A DNA stretch of 64,000 nt from Pseudomonadota bacterium (GCA_043820105.1 JBDREC010000030.1:2888-66887); one strand, 5' to 3'; numbered from the stretch's first letter, positions 49,868 to 59,929 are shown. The notes: generated by a model not told the origin, from the sequence alone. Numbers and translations are program-made.

Positions 49868-50419
49868 ATGACTAAAGATGAATTAAGCCCAAAAGAAGGC
49901 GAAGTTATCATAACTGAAGATGGTGTAGATAAAATAGTTAAAGAAGAAGATTATAAGTTACAGGAAAATGAGATAATTGTTACAAGAGGTGGCCATAAAA
50001 GAGTCGTAAAAGATAGAAGAAAAAAACCAACTCCTTTCATTAGCAAATACACTTTTTGGGGAAAAAGAAGGGGTAACAGAAGAGATTCAGATCCTCAAAA
50101 AAATTACTATGTTGATCGTGTTGGAGCTATTTATTGGATAGTAGTTTTTATTATTATCATTTTGTCTGTAAGTGATTCGATTTTTACTTTACACCATTTG
50201 AAATTTGGCTACAAAGAAATTAACCCAGTATTAAATAAATTTTTATTTTCCAATGCATACTTTCTTTTAATAAAATATGCCTTTACTGTAGTTGGGATCT
50301 TAGCTTTAGTTTTACATAAGTTTTTTATCTTTGTAAGAGAACTGATTATATTTATTATTTTATCATATGCAGCTTTAAATATTTATCAGATTTGGTTGTT
50401 CGTTAATCTTCCACAATAG
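49868..50419 (+). CDS. Membrane protein, hypothetical
   Basis: Soluble basic N-terminal half, then 3-4 TM helices. RBS GAGG upstream. Confidence 0.5.
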   Translation: MTKDELSPKEGEVIITEDGVDKIVKEEDYKLQENEIIVTRGGHKRVVKDRRKKPTPFISKYTFWGKRRGNRRDSDPQKNYYVDRVGAIYWIVVFIIIILSVSDSIFTLHHLKFGYKEINPVLNKFLFSNAYFLLIKYAFTVVGILALVLHKFFIFVRELIIFIILSYAALNIYQIWLFVNLPQ

Positions 50420-50420
50420 T

Positions 50421-50446
50421 AATTCAAAATTCAAAATTCAAAATTA
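50421..50446. repeat. Heptamer array (AATTCAA)x3.5 between the membrane-protein gene and the HAD hydrolase gene
   Basis: AATTCAAAATTCAAAATTCAAAATTA. Confidence 0.85.
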
Positions 50447-51221
50447 TATCTATTGTTTCAGCAAACCCCAAACCACCCGGTTTTGTTGTAATGAATTTAG
50501 GTAAATTTGAGATCTGATCTTGAAAATTGGAGATATTTGCAACACCAATTGAATTATTAAATTTTTTAAACATTGGTTCATCATTTGGGGAGTCACCAAT
50601 GAAAATTGAATTGTTATTAATTTCTTCAAATGACTTATTAAGCATTTCTTTTGAAAACTTATCAATCATTGTTGCCTTATCATAAGCTCCAAACCATCCA
50701 TTTACATGAATAGAACTAATTTTTGAAATAGCTCCATGCTTTGTAAAGATTTCTACTATTTTATTTATTTCTTCTTTTGAAAGAGGATCAATATCTTCAC
50801 AAAAATCAATTGCCAAATCAAATTCTCGATAAGCCTGGTCAGATGAGACTATTGCATTGGGAACCTCAAGTAATACTTCATTTTCAATTGCCTTAAGCTT
50901 TGCTTTAGCATTTATAGTTTCTTCTTTTGAGAAAAAATATTTCTTATTAAGCTTTCCATTCTTCATGTAAAAATAGAAGGCTCCATTTTCACCAATAACA
51001 GCAAAGACTGGCCACATTCTGGCAATGTGATCAACCCAACCAGCAGGTCTTCCTGTAACAGGAATGACTTTTATGCCAGCATCAAATGCTTTCCAAAGGG
51101 CATTAAAGCTTTCCTTTATAAGTTTGCCTTCATGAGTAATGGTATCATCAATGTCTGCAAAAATATATTTAATCTTTGATAAACAGGATTCAGAGTTTTC
51201 TAATAGTTTCATTTTTACCAA
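50424..51221 (-). CDS. HAD-IIB (Cof-type) hydrolase, mannosyl-3-phosphoglycerate-phosphatase-like
   Basis: Motif I FADIDDTIT, motif II PVTGRP, and a C-terminal GDSPNDEPMF. Confidence 0.75.
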   Translation of the reverse strand: MVKMKLLENSESCLSKIKYIFADIDDTITHEGKLIKESFNALWKAFDAGIKVIPVTGRPAGWVDHIARMWPVFAVIGENGAFYFYMKNGKLNKKYFFSKEETINAKAKLKAIENEVLLEVPNAIVSSDQAYREFDLAIDFCEDIDPLSKEEINKIVEIFTKHGAISKISSIHVNGWFGAYDKATMIDKFSKEMLNKSFEEINNNSIFIGDSPNDEPMFKKFNNSIGVANISNFQDQISNLPKFITTKPGGLGFAETIDIILNFEF

Positions 51222-51257
51222 CTAATTAATTCAAAATTTAAAATTCATAGTCCAAAA

Positions 51258-52700
51258 TCAAAGAATATATCTACTCAAATCTTCATCCTTCGCCAAATCA
51301 TCAAGTCTTTCTTTAACATAACCCTTAGTGATCTCTATGGTCTGCGCCGGCAAATCCGGGGCCTCAAATGAAATCTCATCAAAGATTTTTTCCATGACAG
51401 TATGCAGTCTTCTTGCTCCAATGTTTTCAGTTTTTTCATTAACATATTCAGCTATTTCTGAAATTTCTGCAACTGCTTCATCTGTAAATTGAATATCAAT
51501 GTCTTCAGTTTTCATCATCTCCACATACTGTTTTGTTAAAGAATTTTCAGGCTCAGTTAGAATTCTTTGAAAATCATTTTTAGTAAGCCTATTGAGCTCA
51601 ACTCTTATTGGAAATCTTCCTTGAAGTTCTGGAATAAGATCTGATGGTTTTGATATATGAAAAGCACCAGAGGCTACAAAAAGGATATGGTCTGTTTTAA
51701 TCATGCCATATTTAGTCATTACATTGGAACCCTCGACTATTGGCAGAATATCTCTTTGTACACCCTGTCTGGAAACATCAGGCCCTTGTTTAGAGCCTTG
51801 GCTTGCAATTTTGTCAATCTCATCTAAAAAGATAATACCAGAATTCTCAGCTCTTTTTACAGCTTCCTTGGAAACCTTATCCATATCCATTAAACGATTG
51901 ATTTCATCATTAATGATTATTTCACGAGCCTCTTTGATTTTCATCTTCCGTCTTTTGCTTTTTTTAGGAAACATATTTCCTAAAGCTTCTTGCATATTCA
52001 TTTGCATATCATCTGGAATCTGACCAGAAAAAATTTCAATTGAAGGAATTGATTTTGATTTAGTCTCAATTTCAATTTCTTTTTCTTCAAGCTTTTCTTC
52101 ATCAAGCAGTAGTTTTAATTTTTCACGGCTTTCTGATTTTTTTTCTTCCTCTTCTTGAAGTCTTTGCTCTTTTAATACATCACCTAGATCAGGTTGACTA
52201 TCCTGATTCATTCGATCAAAGTGTGTATTTCTTGAAAAAGGAGGTTTCATGCGAGGTTTAGCAGGAGTGGGTAGTAATAAATCAAGCAGCTTTTCTTGCG
52301 CATTTATTTTAGCTTTTTCATAAAGCCTTTCTCTTTCTTCTGCTTTAACCATATTAACACTTATTTGGACAAGGTCTCTGACCATTGATTCAACATCTTT
52401 GCCCACATATCCAATTTCAGTAAACTTTGAAGCCTCTACTTTAATAAATGGCGCTTGGGCGAGCTTAGCTAGCCTTCGTGCTATTTCAGTTTTTCCAACA
52501 CCTGTTGGTCCAATCATGATGATGTTCTTTGGTGTAATTTCATCACGCATATCTTCAGAAACGTTTTGTCTTCTCCATCTATTTCTAAGAGCAATGGCTA
52601 CTGCACGTTTTGCTTTATCCTGTCCAATAATATATCGATCAAGCTGAGCTACGACTTCTTTTGGAGTTAAAGTTAGTTTATTTTCCATTAAATTCTCCAT
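51258..52700 (-). CDS. hslU: ATP-dependent protease ATPase subunit HslU (CodX-like)
   Basis: [34 protein letters not shown] plus Walker [16 protein letters not shown]. Confidence 0.9.
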   Translation of the reverse strand: MENLMENKLTLTPKEVVAQLDRYIIGQDKAKRAVAIALRNRWRRQNVSEDMRDEITPKNIIMIGPTGVGKTEIARRLAKLAQAPFIKVEASKFTEIGYVGKDVESMVRDLVQISVNMVKAEERERLYEKAKINAQEKLLDLLLPTPAKPRMKPPFSRNTHFDRMNQDSQPDLGDVLKEQRLQEEEEKKSESREKLKLLLDEEKLEEKEIEIETKSKSIPSIEIFSGQIPDDMQMNMQEALGNMFPKKSKRRKMKIKEAREIIINDEINRLMDMDKVSKEAVKRAENSGIIFLDEIDKIASQGSKQGPDVSRQGVQRDILPIVEGSNVMTKYGMIKTDHILFVASGAFHISKPSDLIPELQGRFPIRVELNRLTKNDFQRILTEPENSLTKQYVEMMKTEDIDIQFTDEAVAEISEIAEYVNEKTENIGARRLHTVMEKIFDEISFEAPDLPAQTIEITKGYVKERLDDLAKDEDLSRYIL

Positions 52701-52776
52701 ATTTTTTATTAAGTGATTAAAAGCAAATAAAATGTAAATTGTAAAAACTACTTACCACTTACCACTTACCACTTAT

Positions 52777-53316
52777 TTATAATTCTTCTACTACAATATT
52801 ATAATTTGTAAAAACACAAATATCTGCAGCGACTTTTAAAGACTTTTCAGCTATTTCTTTAGCTGATAAATCAGTATTTTCTTTTAAAGCTCTGGCAGCA
52901 GCCAGTGCAAAGGATCCGCCTGATCCTATTGCAGCGATTCCATCATCAGGTTCAATGACATCGCCTCTACCTGATAAGGTTAATATTGTTTCATCATTTG
53001 CAACAATCATTAAAGCTTCTAATTGCCTTAAGAATTTATCTGATCTCCATTCTTTAGCTAGCTCAACAGAAGCTCTTGTAATATTACCGTTGTATTCTTC
53101 GAGCTTTGCTGAAAACTTATCAAATAAAGTAAAGGCATCAGCTGTTGCTCCAGCAAAACCTGCAATCACTTTATCATTAAAAAGTCTTCTAACTTTCCTG
53201 GCAGTAGCTTTCATTATTGTATTTTGCAAACTTACTTGCCCATCACCTGCCAAAGCAACTTTTCCATCTTTTTGCACAGCTAAAATGGTTGTTGCGTGAA
53301 ATGTTATTTCTGACAT
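52777..53316 (-). CDS. hslV: ATP-dependent protease subunit HslV, CodW-type (N-terminal Ser plus 5-residue extension)
   Basis: [14 protein letters not shown] closely parallels Bacillus CodW (MSSFHATTIFAV). Strong similarity continues through [26 protein letters not shown]. Confidence 0.9.
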   Translation of the reverse strand: MSEITFHATTILAVQKDGKVALAGDGQVSLQNTIMKATARKVRRLFNDKVIAGFAGATADAFTLFDKFSAKLEEYNGNITRASVELAKEWRSDKFLRQLEALMIVANDETILTLSGRGDVIEPDDGIAAIGSGGSFALAAARALKENTDLSAKEIAEKSLKVAADICVFTNYNIVVEEL

Positions 53317-53331
53317 GTTCTCTCCATTTTT

Positions 53332-53361
53332 GTTGCTGGTTGCTGGTTGCTAGTTGCTGGT
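53332..53361. repeat. Heptamer array (GTTGCTG)x4
   Basis: Read directly in the hslV upstream spacer. Confidence 0.85.
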
Positions 53362-53432
53362 GAAAAAACCTATCACATAATAACAAACAAGCAGCAATCC
53401 AAATTTATCTAAGTGTTTGAATTTGGTTTTCT

Positions 53433-53468
53433 ACCACTTACCACTTACCACTTACCACTTACCACTTA
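53433..53468. repeat. Heptamer array (CTTACCA)x5
   Basis: Read directly. The same unit recurs at 52749-52776, 40096-40126 and, as its complement, at 29693-29731. Confidence 0.85.
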
Positions 53469-53469
53469 A

Positions 53470-54378
53470 TTACGCTTTTGGGTGTGTCCTATCATATTCT
53501 TCAATCAACTTATTAACACTTACTTTAGTATAACGTTGAGTTGTGGATAACATTGAATGTCCCAAAAGCTCTTGAATACTTCTTAAGTCAACCCCTGAAT
53601 CTAAAAGATGAGTTGCAAAGGTGTGTCTAAAAACGTGAGGTGTAACTTTTTTTTGGATTCCATTTCTTTTTAAATACTTATCAATTATTCTTGAAATTCC
53701 TTTTTGAGAAATTCTATTTTTACTTTTATTCAAAAATAAAGGTTTAGAATCATTGGAAACAGAATTATAATCAATACCTACAATATCAAGATATCTTGTC
53801 ATTGCAAACTTTGCTTTATTTCCAAATAAGACGATTCTTTCTTTGTTACCTTTACCAATTAATCGAATACATTTATCATTAAAATCTACATTACTTGTAT
53901 TTAACGAAACAAGCTCACTTACTCTCACACCAGATGCGTATAAAAGTTCAAGTATAGCTCGATCTCTTAATTCTTGCCATGAATCACCATTTGCTGATTC
54001 GATTAAAGTGAATACCTCATCAACTGACATAGTTAATGGTAGATATTTTTTTCTTTTAGGTGTAGCAACATTTTTTGCAATATTTTCTTTTACCTTACCT
54101 TCCGTTTTCATGTAAGTCATAAAGCTTCTTAAGCTTGCTATTTTCCTTGCTAAAGTTGTGCTTGAATTTTTGTTATATAAATAAGCTAAAAAAGCTCTGA
54201 TATGTTGAACTGAAATTATATTTAAATCAAAGGGATCATTAAATGATTTAAGAATTTTTTGCTCAAGTAAGAATCTTGAAAAATCTTCTAAGTCATTTGA
54301 ATAGTTCCTTAGTGTATGACTTGAATAGTGTTTAACATTTTTTAAATATTCAATGAAATCTTTGATATGCTTTTTCAT
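53470..54378 (-). CDS. xerC: Tyrosine recombinase XerC/CodV
   Basis: C-terminal catalytic box HVFRHTFATHLLDSGVDLRSIQELLGHSMLSTTQRYTKV. Sits upstream of hslVU as in the Bacillus codVWX arrangement. Confidence 0.85.
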   Translation of the reverse strand: MKKHIKDFIEYLKNVKHYSSHTLRNYSNDLEDFSRFLLEQKILKSFNDPFDLNIISVQHIRAFLAYLYNKNSSTTLARKIASLRSFMTYMKTEGKVKENIAKNVATPKRKKYLPLTMSVDEVFTLIESANGDSWQELRDRAILELLYASGVRVSELVSLNTSNVDFNDKCIRLIGKGNKERIVLFGNKAKFAMTRYLDIVGIDYNSVSNDSKPLFLNKSKNRISQKGISRIIDKYLKRNGIQKKVTPHVFRHTFATHLLDSGVDLRSIQELLGHSMLSTTQRYTKVSVNKLIEEYDRTHPKA

Positions 54379-54503
54379 TTATAAATAATTTCGTTTGCTT
54401 AAGTTATTAATAAATAAGTATTGTTTTGGTGTTTGTCAAGGTGTAGTGAACATATTAAATTTTGAATTTTGAATTTTAGATTTTGGATTATGGTTTTAGA
54501 CAG

Positions 54504-55778
54504 TTATTTATTTTTCATATCACGAATTGTTTTTACGGAACAGAATTCGCCGCACATTGAGCAAACTTCTTCATCATTTATGCAATCACCATCTCTCATT
54601 GATTTGGCTAGTTGGGGGTCTATAACGGCTTCAAGTTCATTTTTCCAATCAAGGTTTGCTCTTAGGCGAGAAACGTGATCATCCCAGTCCCTGGCTCCTT
54701 TGATGCCTTTAGCTATATCAGCTGCATGAGCTGCAATTCTGCAAGTAATAACTCCTTCACGAACATCATTTAGGCTTGGAAGCTTTAAGTGTTCGGCTCT
54801 TGTTACATAACACAAGAAAGCTGCTCCACTCATAGCTGCTACTGCGCCACCAATTGCACTTGTAATGTGATCATAACCTGGGGCAACATCTGTAACGATA
54901 GGTCCAAGTACGTAGAAGGGTGCATCATTACAAATTTCTCTTTCAAGTTCCATGTTTTTTTGAACTTGATTCAGAGGTATATGGCCTGGACCTTCAATAA
55001 ATACTTGAACGCCAAAGTCAAAAGCTCGTTTTTGAAGTTCACCCTGTGTTTTCAACTCATGAATTTGTGCTTCATCGGTCGCATCAGCTAGGCAGCCAGG
55101 CCTTAATCCATCCCCAATACTAAGAGCCATGTCATACTTTTTGCAAACCTCCAGGATTTGATCAAAATGTGTATATAAAAAAGATTCTTTCTTGTTTTCC
55201 TTAATCCATTTAATTAAGTAGGATCCACCGCGAGAAACAACACCACCAAGTCTTTTTTCAACCATAGGAATACAAGCTTCAGTAACTGCATTGTGGATTG
55301 TTAGAAAATCAACACCTTGCTGCCCATGATTTTCAAGGATTTCCAAAAACTCATCAATTCCAACATTAGTTTCATTTTTGTATTTAACCATTAATTCATA
55401 TATTGGAACTGTTCCAACTGGAATAGTAGATCTTTTGATCATCTCTTGTCTAATTTCAGTTAGATTTCCACCTGTGGATAAGTCCATGACAAAATGAGCA
55501 CCAGCTTTAATAGTAACTTCAAGCTTTGCAAGCTCTTCAATAAGATCAATTTTCATTGGGCTTGTGCCAATGTTAGCATTTACTTTTGTTTTTAATTTTC
55601 TTCCAATTGCATAGGGCAGGGCATTTGTGTGCAGAGGGTTTATTGGAATACAGATTGTACCATCTGCGATTCCCTGTCTTATATATTCAGCGCTAAGTCC
55701 TTCAAATTTAGCACATTCTTCCATTTCTCGTGTAATAATTCCAGCTTTTGCATTTTCCAGTAAGGTCATAGTAAACAC
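54504..55778 (-). CDS. thiC: Phosphomethylpyrimidine synthase
   Basis: Full-length ThiC pattern with the C-terminal Fe-S cluster motif CSMCGEFCS. Confidence 0.9.
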   Translation of the reverse strand: MFTMTLLENAKAGIITREMEECAKFEGLSAEYIRQGIADGTICIPINPLHTNALPYAIGRKLKTKVNANIGTSPMKIDLIEELAKLEVTIKAGAHFVMDLSTGGNLTEIRQEMIKRSTIPVGTVPIYELMVKYKNETNVGIDEFLEILENHGQQGVDFLTIHNAVTEACIPMVEKRLGGVVSRGGSYLIKWIKENKKESFLYTHFDQILEVCKKYDMALSIGDGLRPGCLADATDEAQIHELKTQGELQKRAFDFGVQVFIEGPGHIPLNQVQKNMELEREICNDAPFYVLGPIVTDVAPGYDHITSAIGGAVAAMSGAAFLCYVTRAEHLKLPSLNDVREGVITCRIAAHAADIAKGIKGARDWDDHVSRLRANLDWKNELEAVIDPQLAKSMRDGDCINDEEVCSMCGEFCSVKTIRDMKNK

Positions 55779-56003
55779 TCCATTAAGATTAATTATAATA
55801 CTACTTGCAGCAAACTAAAGTGACCAGAGCGCCAGAGCACCAGTCTCCAGGTTTGATTAATATAACTAGCAAACAATTTATGCTGTATATCTCATTGCAT
55901 AATATAAAATCAAGTAAATCTTTTCCTAAAAAACTTGACATAATGCGTCGCATTGTGATATTGCTTCGCGTGAACAATCTACAAGACTATATGGGGTACT
56001 CTT

Positions 56004-57689
56004 ATGAAACTATTTAAACTAACAAATCTGTTAATTTATCCACTTACCATCTTAATCCTAATCTTAAGTCTTAATCCTGATCTCAATGCACTTACTGAAT
56101 CAGAATTTCTTAATGAGTATAATAATGCCTATACAAGCTTATCAGAATCTCAAAGACAATCATGGATAGAAAGAATCTCAAATAATCACCATGAACTAGA
56201 ACCTGCTCATATTAAAGAAATAATAAAAAGTGATTTTATTGAGGCTGGTAAAAAGCGCAATGACGCAATAGATCTGGATAAGCTACATTTTTTTTATAGC
56301 TTTATAAAAAGCCTGGTTCAAAAGCCACTTGATGATGAACTTCTTGAGGTAATTCTAGGTAAAATAGAATTTGATAATACAAAAATTCAAAGAATAATTG
56401 AAAGCTATTTAAGTGATCTAGATACTTTGAAAAGAAAACCTAAATTAGATGACACTGCCACCAAATTTGTGCCCAAACTTGCTGTTTTATGGTCTGAAGT
56501 ATTATGCATAATATCTTTAAACTCTTATTCAAATTTTAAAGGTAGCTATTATTTTTATTGGATACATAAAATTTATAAAGGTCTAAGCAATACTAAAAAG
56601 GCAATCCCAGCTGAAATAATCACAAAAGTTCATGGATATGCTTTAAGAGCTGCAGTTCAACACATGATTATAAAATCTAGAGATGATTTTCTTAGACCTG
56701 AATATGATAATAAAAGTCCTGAAGCTTTATTTTCTTTATTAAAGGAACTTCTTAATCATCCTAAATATGAACCCTTTAAGCTCGCTGGTACAGCAACATA
56801 TTACTTAAAATTATTAAGTTTTAAAGAATTATTTTATGACCTTGCAAAGCCTAAAAAGACAATTCTTTGTGATTATTTCCTTTTAGAAGTGCTTGAGTAT
56901 AATATTTTTTCAACAGCAATATCTATTATTTACACAAGACATAATGTAAGACCATCACTTGAGCTATCATTACTCATTGCTGAATTGCATTACTTGGATA
57001 TTTTATTAAAGGAATTTGCTATCGAGGTATTAAGTCATGAAAGCTATCAGGATATTCAATATCAAAAAGATAAGCATGCAATAATGGCGGAATATATTAG
57101 AGATAGAGATAAGGCCTTTGGAAGCTATATGACTTTTGATGATAGTGAAAAAGACGCAATAGCATCAAAAAAGACTTTTGATACTGAAGAATATGAAGAT
57201 TTATTAAAAGGACTAAGCTCTTCAATTTCTTTTGAAAAAATGCTAGCAGCTCAAGAACTTTATTTTGCTAAAGATAAATTAAAATCATTAGATATAAATC
57301 AAATAATAAAACTTCATCAAGCACTAGTTGATATTTTAATTGAAGATATTCCTAAAAAAATTGCAGCTCCTGGTTTCATTAATGAAGTAGCAGCCAAAGA
57401 ATATGCAGCCAAAGCTCTTGGTTTAGATGTTTTCACGTCATTGGATGAATCTGGACTTGGAAATATAAGAAAAACAAATTTTTTAAGCTCTGGGGATGCT
57501 TTATTAATAGCGCTTAAGAAATTTTACGGGAAACCTTCTTTCTATGATTTGGGAGATTATATTTTAGAATCCTTAAAACATGATGAGCACAGTTATCAAC
57601 TTAAAATCGCTAAGAGCTTCATTAATAAAGCCAATGGAATTATAGAAGATTCAATCAATCCACGAATATCTTGCATGGCTTTATTTTAA
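56004..57689 (+). CDS. Secreted all-alpha hypothetical protein
   Basis: Signal peptide LLIYPLTILILILSLNPDLNA. 561 aa, no recognised domain. Confidence 0.5.
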   Translation: MKLFKLTNLLIYPLTILILILSLNPDLNALTESEFLNEYNNAYTSLSESQRQSWIERISNNHHELEPAHIKEIIKSDFIEAGKKRNDAIDLDKLHFFYSFIKSLVQKPLDDELLEVILGKIEFDNTKIQRIIESYLSDLDTLKRKPKLDDTATKFVPKLAVLWSEVLCIISLNSYSNFKGSYYFYWIHKIYKGLSNTKKAIPAEIITKVHGYALRAAVQHMIIKSRDDFLRPEYDNKSPEALFSLLKELLNHPKYEPFKLAGTATYYLKLLSFKELFYDLAKPKKTILCDYFLLEVLEYNIFSTAISIIYTRHNVRPSLELSLLIAELHYLDILLKEFAIEVLSHESYQDIQYQKDKHAIMAEYIRDRDKAFGSYMTFDDSEKDAIASKKTFDTEEYEDLLKGLSSSISFEKMLAAQELYFAKDKLKSLDINQIIKLHQALVDILIEDIPKKIAAPGFINEVAAKEYAAKALGLDVFTSLDESGLGNIRKTNFLSSGDALLIALKKFYGKPSFYDLGDYILESLKHDEHSYQLKIAKSFINKANGIIEDSINPRISCMALF

Positions 57690-57829
57690 TTAAAATATAT
57701 TTATGGGGAAAAAGTTTTTTTTCCTGGCACCATGTATGGAATTGTTTTAAAAAGACATTATTATATAAAGAAATATTGAATTCAAATAAATATAGCTTTT
57801 TCAATTATATAATTATAATAAAACAAACC

Positions 57830-58153
57830 ATGGATAGCTTAAAATTAAAATATAAAACGCCACATCTTTTTGAGTTTAATAAAAATAGAAACTCTAAAAC
57901 AGCCTGCTTTAGTGGTTCAGGCGCAAAATATACTTCAGCACTTGATGCGTTTGTATGTAATACTGGAAGCGATAAAGGTGGAAATCCAGATCCAGGATGC
58001 ATGCATGGAGACGGAAACACTAATAATCAAAAATTCATCCTTGTTTGTGGCTTAGGTTCGGCTGTTGTTGCTGCAAGAGAGTGCTCAGGCGGAAGCGGGT
58101 TTAGCTTAAGAGATGATGCCTGTTATATAGGTAATGGTGCAGGTCCACATTAA
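57830..58153 (+). CDS. Small Cys/Gly-rich protein (8 Cys in 84 aa after a 24-aa polar leader), hypothetical
   Basis: The ORF-track frame starts at 57671. The start is set at the Met at 57830 because the upstream part looks like non-coding AT-rich text. Local GC is visibly higher than the flanks. Confidence 0.4.
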   Translation: MDSLKLKYKTPHLFEFNKNRNSKTACFSGSGAKYTSALDAFVCNTGSDKGGNPDPGCMHGDGNTNNQKFILVCGLGSAVVAARECSGGSGFSLRDDACYIGNGAGPH

Positions 58154-58367
58154 TATATATATTGATAAATTTTAAGCGTATTTCTAAGTAAGCAGCATAA
58201 TCCTGGACATTAATACCCCATCCTATTAAGCTATCATAATGTAACCCATTGTAATAATTGTAATACAAAAACTATCTCTGTGGCGTAAAACTTGCAAAGA
58301 TTTCTTTTGATTTTAATTTATTTTAGTACTATGAAAATTAAGTATTTAATATTTTGGGAGTTTATTT

Positions 58368-59057
58368 GTGAAACAACACATTCTTAGATTAATTTCGGCT
58401 CTGATCATTATCTCAATAATTCCCATATTTCTTAATGCCATAAACCTTGAAAATTCTGAAGATGAAGAAAAGATCATTTGTTTAATTGATGAAGCCTTAC
58501 TTCCCCTTTATAATAATGAAGATAGTGAAGAAAGATTGCTGTCAATAATAGATGAAATGATATTAATTTTCACCAAATATTATAACCAAAAAAAAGGCAA
58601 AGGTCTTTTTGCAAGACAGGAAGCCTTTGATAAAAGGATTATTTTTCAAAGGGTTGTTAACGGGTTTCTAATTATTTCAGATATTCAAACTAGTGAAAGG
58701 GCAGATTTAAAAATCTTAAAATTCCTAATTTCAATAAATGGATGCACAATGGACATATCAGTTATCACAATAAAAAAGCTTTTGCTGAATAAAGTTGAAA
58801 CTGTAGTTGAAAACTTTGAGCTTGGCGATTTTGTTTATAAGAAAATAACATTATCAAGAAAATATTTATTGTATTTTGTAAATGATATCAGGCAATACTA
58901 TAGTCGCAGAGTAAGTAAACTTGACTTCAATGTAGAAAGTTTTAGAGACAAATTGAGCAGGGTATATGTTCAAGTAAATTACTATAAGTTAAGAGATGAT
59001 CTAGCAGCCACATTTGATGAACTAGATGAAATCATTCCAAAACCCACCAAGAAATAA
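58368..59057 (+). CDS. Hypothetical protein with N-terminal signal/anchor
   Basis: GTG start 8 nt after GGGAG. 229 aa. Confidence 0.5.
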   Translation: MKQHILRLISALIIISIIPIFLNAINLENSEDEEKIICLIDEALLPLYNNEDSEERLLSIIDEMILIFTKYYNQKKGKGLFARQEAFDKRIIFQRVVNGFLIISDIQTSERADLKILKFLISINGCTMDISVITIKKLLLNKVETVVENFELGDFVYKKITLSRKYLLYFVNDIRQYYSRRVSKLDFNVESFRDKLSRVYVQVNYYKLRDDLAATFDELDEIIPKPTKK

Positions 59058-59820
59058 ACGTAACGTCTGATAACAGATATTATGTCAAATTTAAATCTTT
59101 TTCCGGACTTTAATGAACTTGCCTATAGCTTATCGTCCTTTGGATATTTTTGCTTCAATACCTTTATAAACTTAGGTAAATCCCAAAGACCCCTTTTTGC
59201 TTATTTGGATTTCTAATTTCCTTAGCATTTTAAATTTTATTGACCAGAACTAGCACTTTTTTTGTTTATTTTATTAACATCTTATGTCTTTGATCTTTAT
59301 ATCTAAATTCCCCATCCTAATACCAAAAACCAAATATTAACTCCATGCCTAGACCTTCCTTTAATTGAAAAGTCTTCTCAGAGGCTAAATATGAAAGCCG
59401 TTTTTTTACATAAAAACGAATAAAACTGAATTTGCAGACCCTGGTTCAAAATAAGACTCTTAGGGCATAATTTGCAATTTTTCACTCAAAACAAAGTGAA
59501 GTAGCAAGCAAAAAAAAGATTAAACATTTCGTCCTCTACATTGATTACACCTCTATAATGCCGAATTCATTGCACATTTCAAACCACGCAGTTTTCTTGC
59601 CCTTATTATCTGTCTATCTCCAGGATGCCTCATAAAAAACGCATCGCGCAATTAGGCTTGGCGCGTTATTTTTAATTTGCATCTACATTTTGAAATTGAA
59701 ATTGCAAATTTTAAATATTGAAAATGGATATATTCGTGGAATTTAATAAAAGGACCCTCTTTTCAATCTTAATTTTCCTTTTAATCTTGAGTAAATTTTA
59801 CTTGATATGATATTTTAATT

Positions 59821-59847
59821 TTGTTAGCTAGAACTCGCTTTTAAAAT
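59821..59847 (+). promoter_or_regulatory. Putative sigma70-type promoter of tRNA-Gln (TTGTTA-15-TAAAAT)
   Basis: Hexamers read directly. The -10 ends ~11 nt before the tRNA 5' end. Confidence 0.3.
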
Positions 59848-59858
59848 AAAAGCTTTTT

Positions 59859-59929
59859 TCTGGGCTCGTTCAATGGTAGGACAACAGACTCTGACTCTGT
59901 TTATCGGGGTTCGAATCCTCGGCCCAGAG
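59859..59929 (+). tRNA. tRNA-Gln (anticodon CUG)
   Basis: Manual fold. Acceptor TCTGGGC/GCCCAGA with a U1-A72 pair typical of bacterial tRNA-Gln. D-stem GTTC/GGAC. Anticodon stem ACAGA/TCTGT with loop CTCTGAC. T-arm CGGGG-TTCGAAT-CCTCG. No encoded CCA. T-run follows. Confidence 0.75.

Noticed and set aside
7276-54490. Could the short tandem arrays be CRISPR arrays?
   Set aside because: Units are 7 bp with no interspersed unique spacers, and there are no cas genes in the window. They are simple tandem repeats, not CRISPR.
55779-55990. Expected a TPP riboswitch in the thiC leader (minus strand).
   Set aside because: The leader contains neither the CUGAGA box nor a convincing ACCUGAUCUGG...CCAGCGUAGGGA core. 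The only structured element is a CCAGAGC-type heptamer array, of which AACCTGGAGACTGG is a part. An Infernal scan would be needed to be sure.
57671-57829. Upstream extension of the Cys-rich ORF (ORF-track start at 57671, overlapping the end of the preceding gene).
   Set aside because: The extension is AT-rich, hydrophobic/aromatic nonsense-like text (MHGFILIKIYLWGKSFFSWHHVW). The Met at 57830 is a cleaner start.
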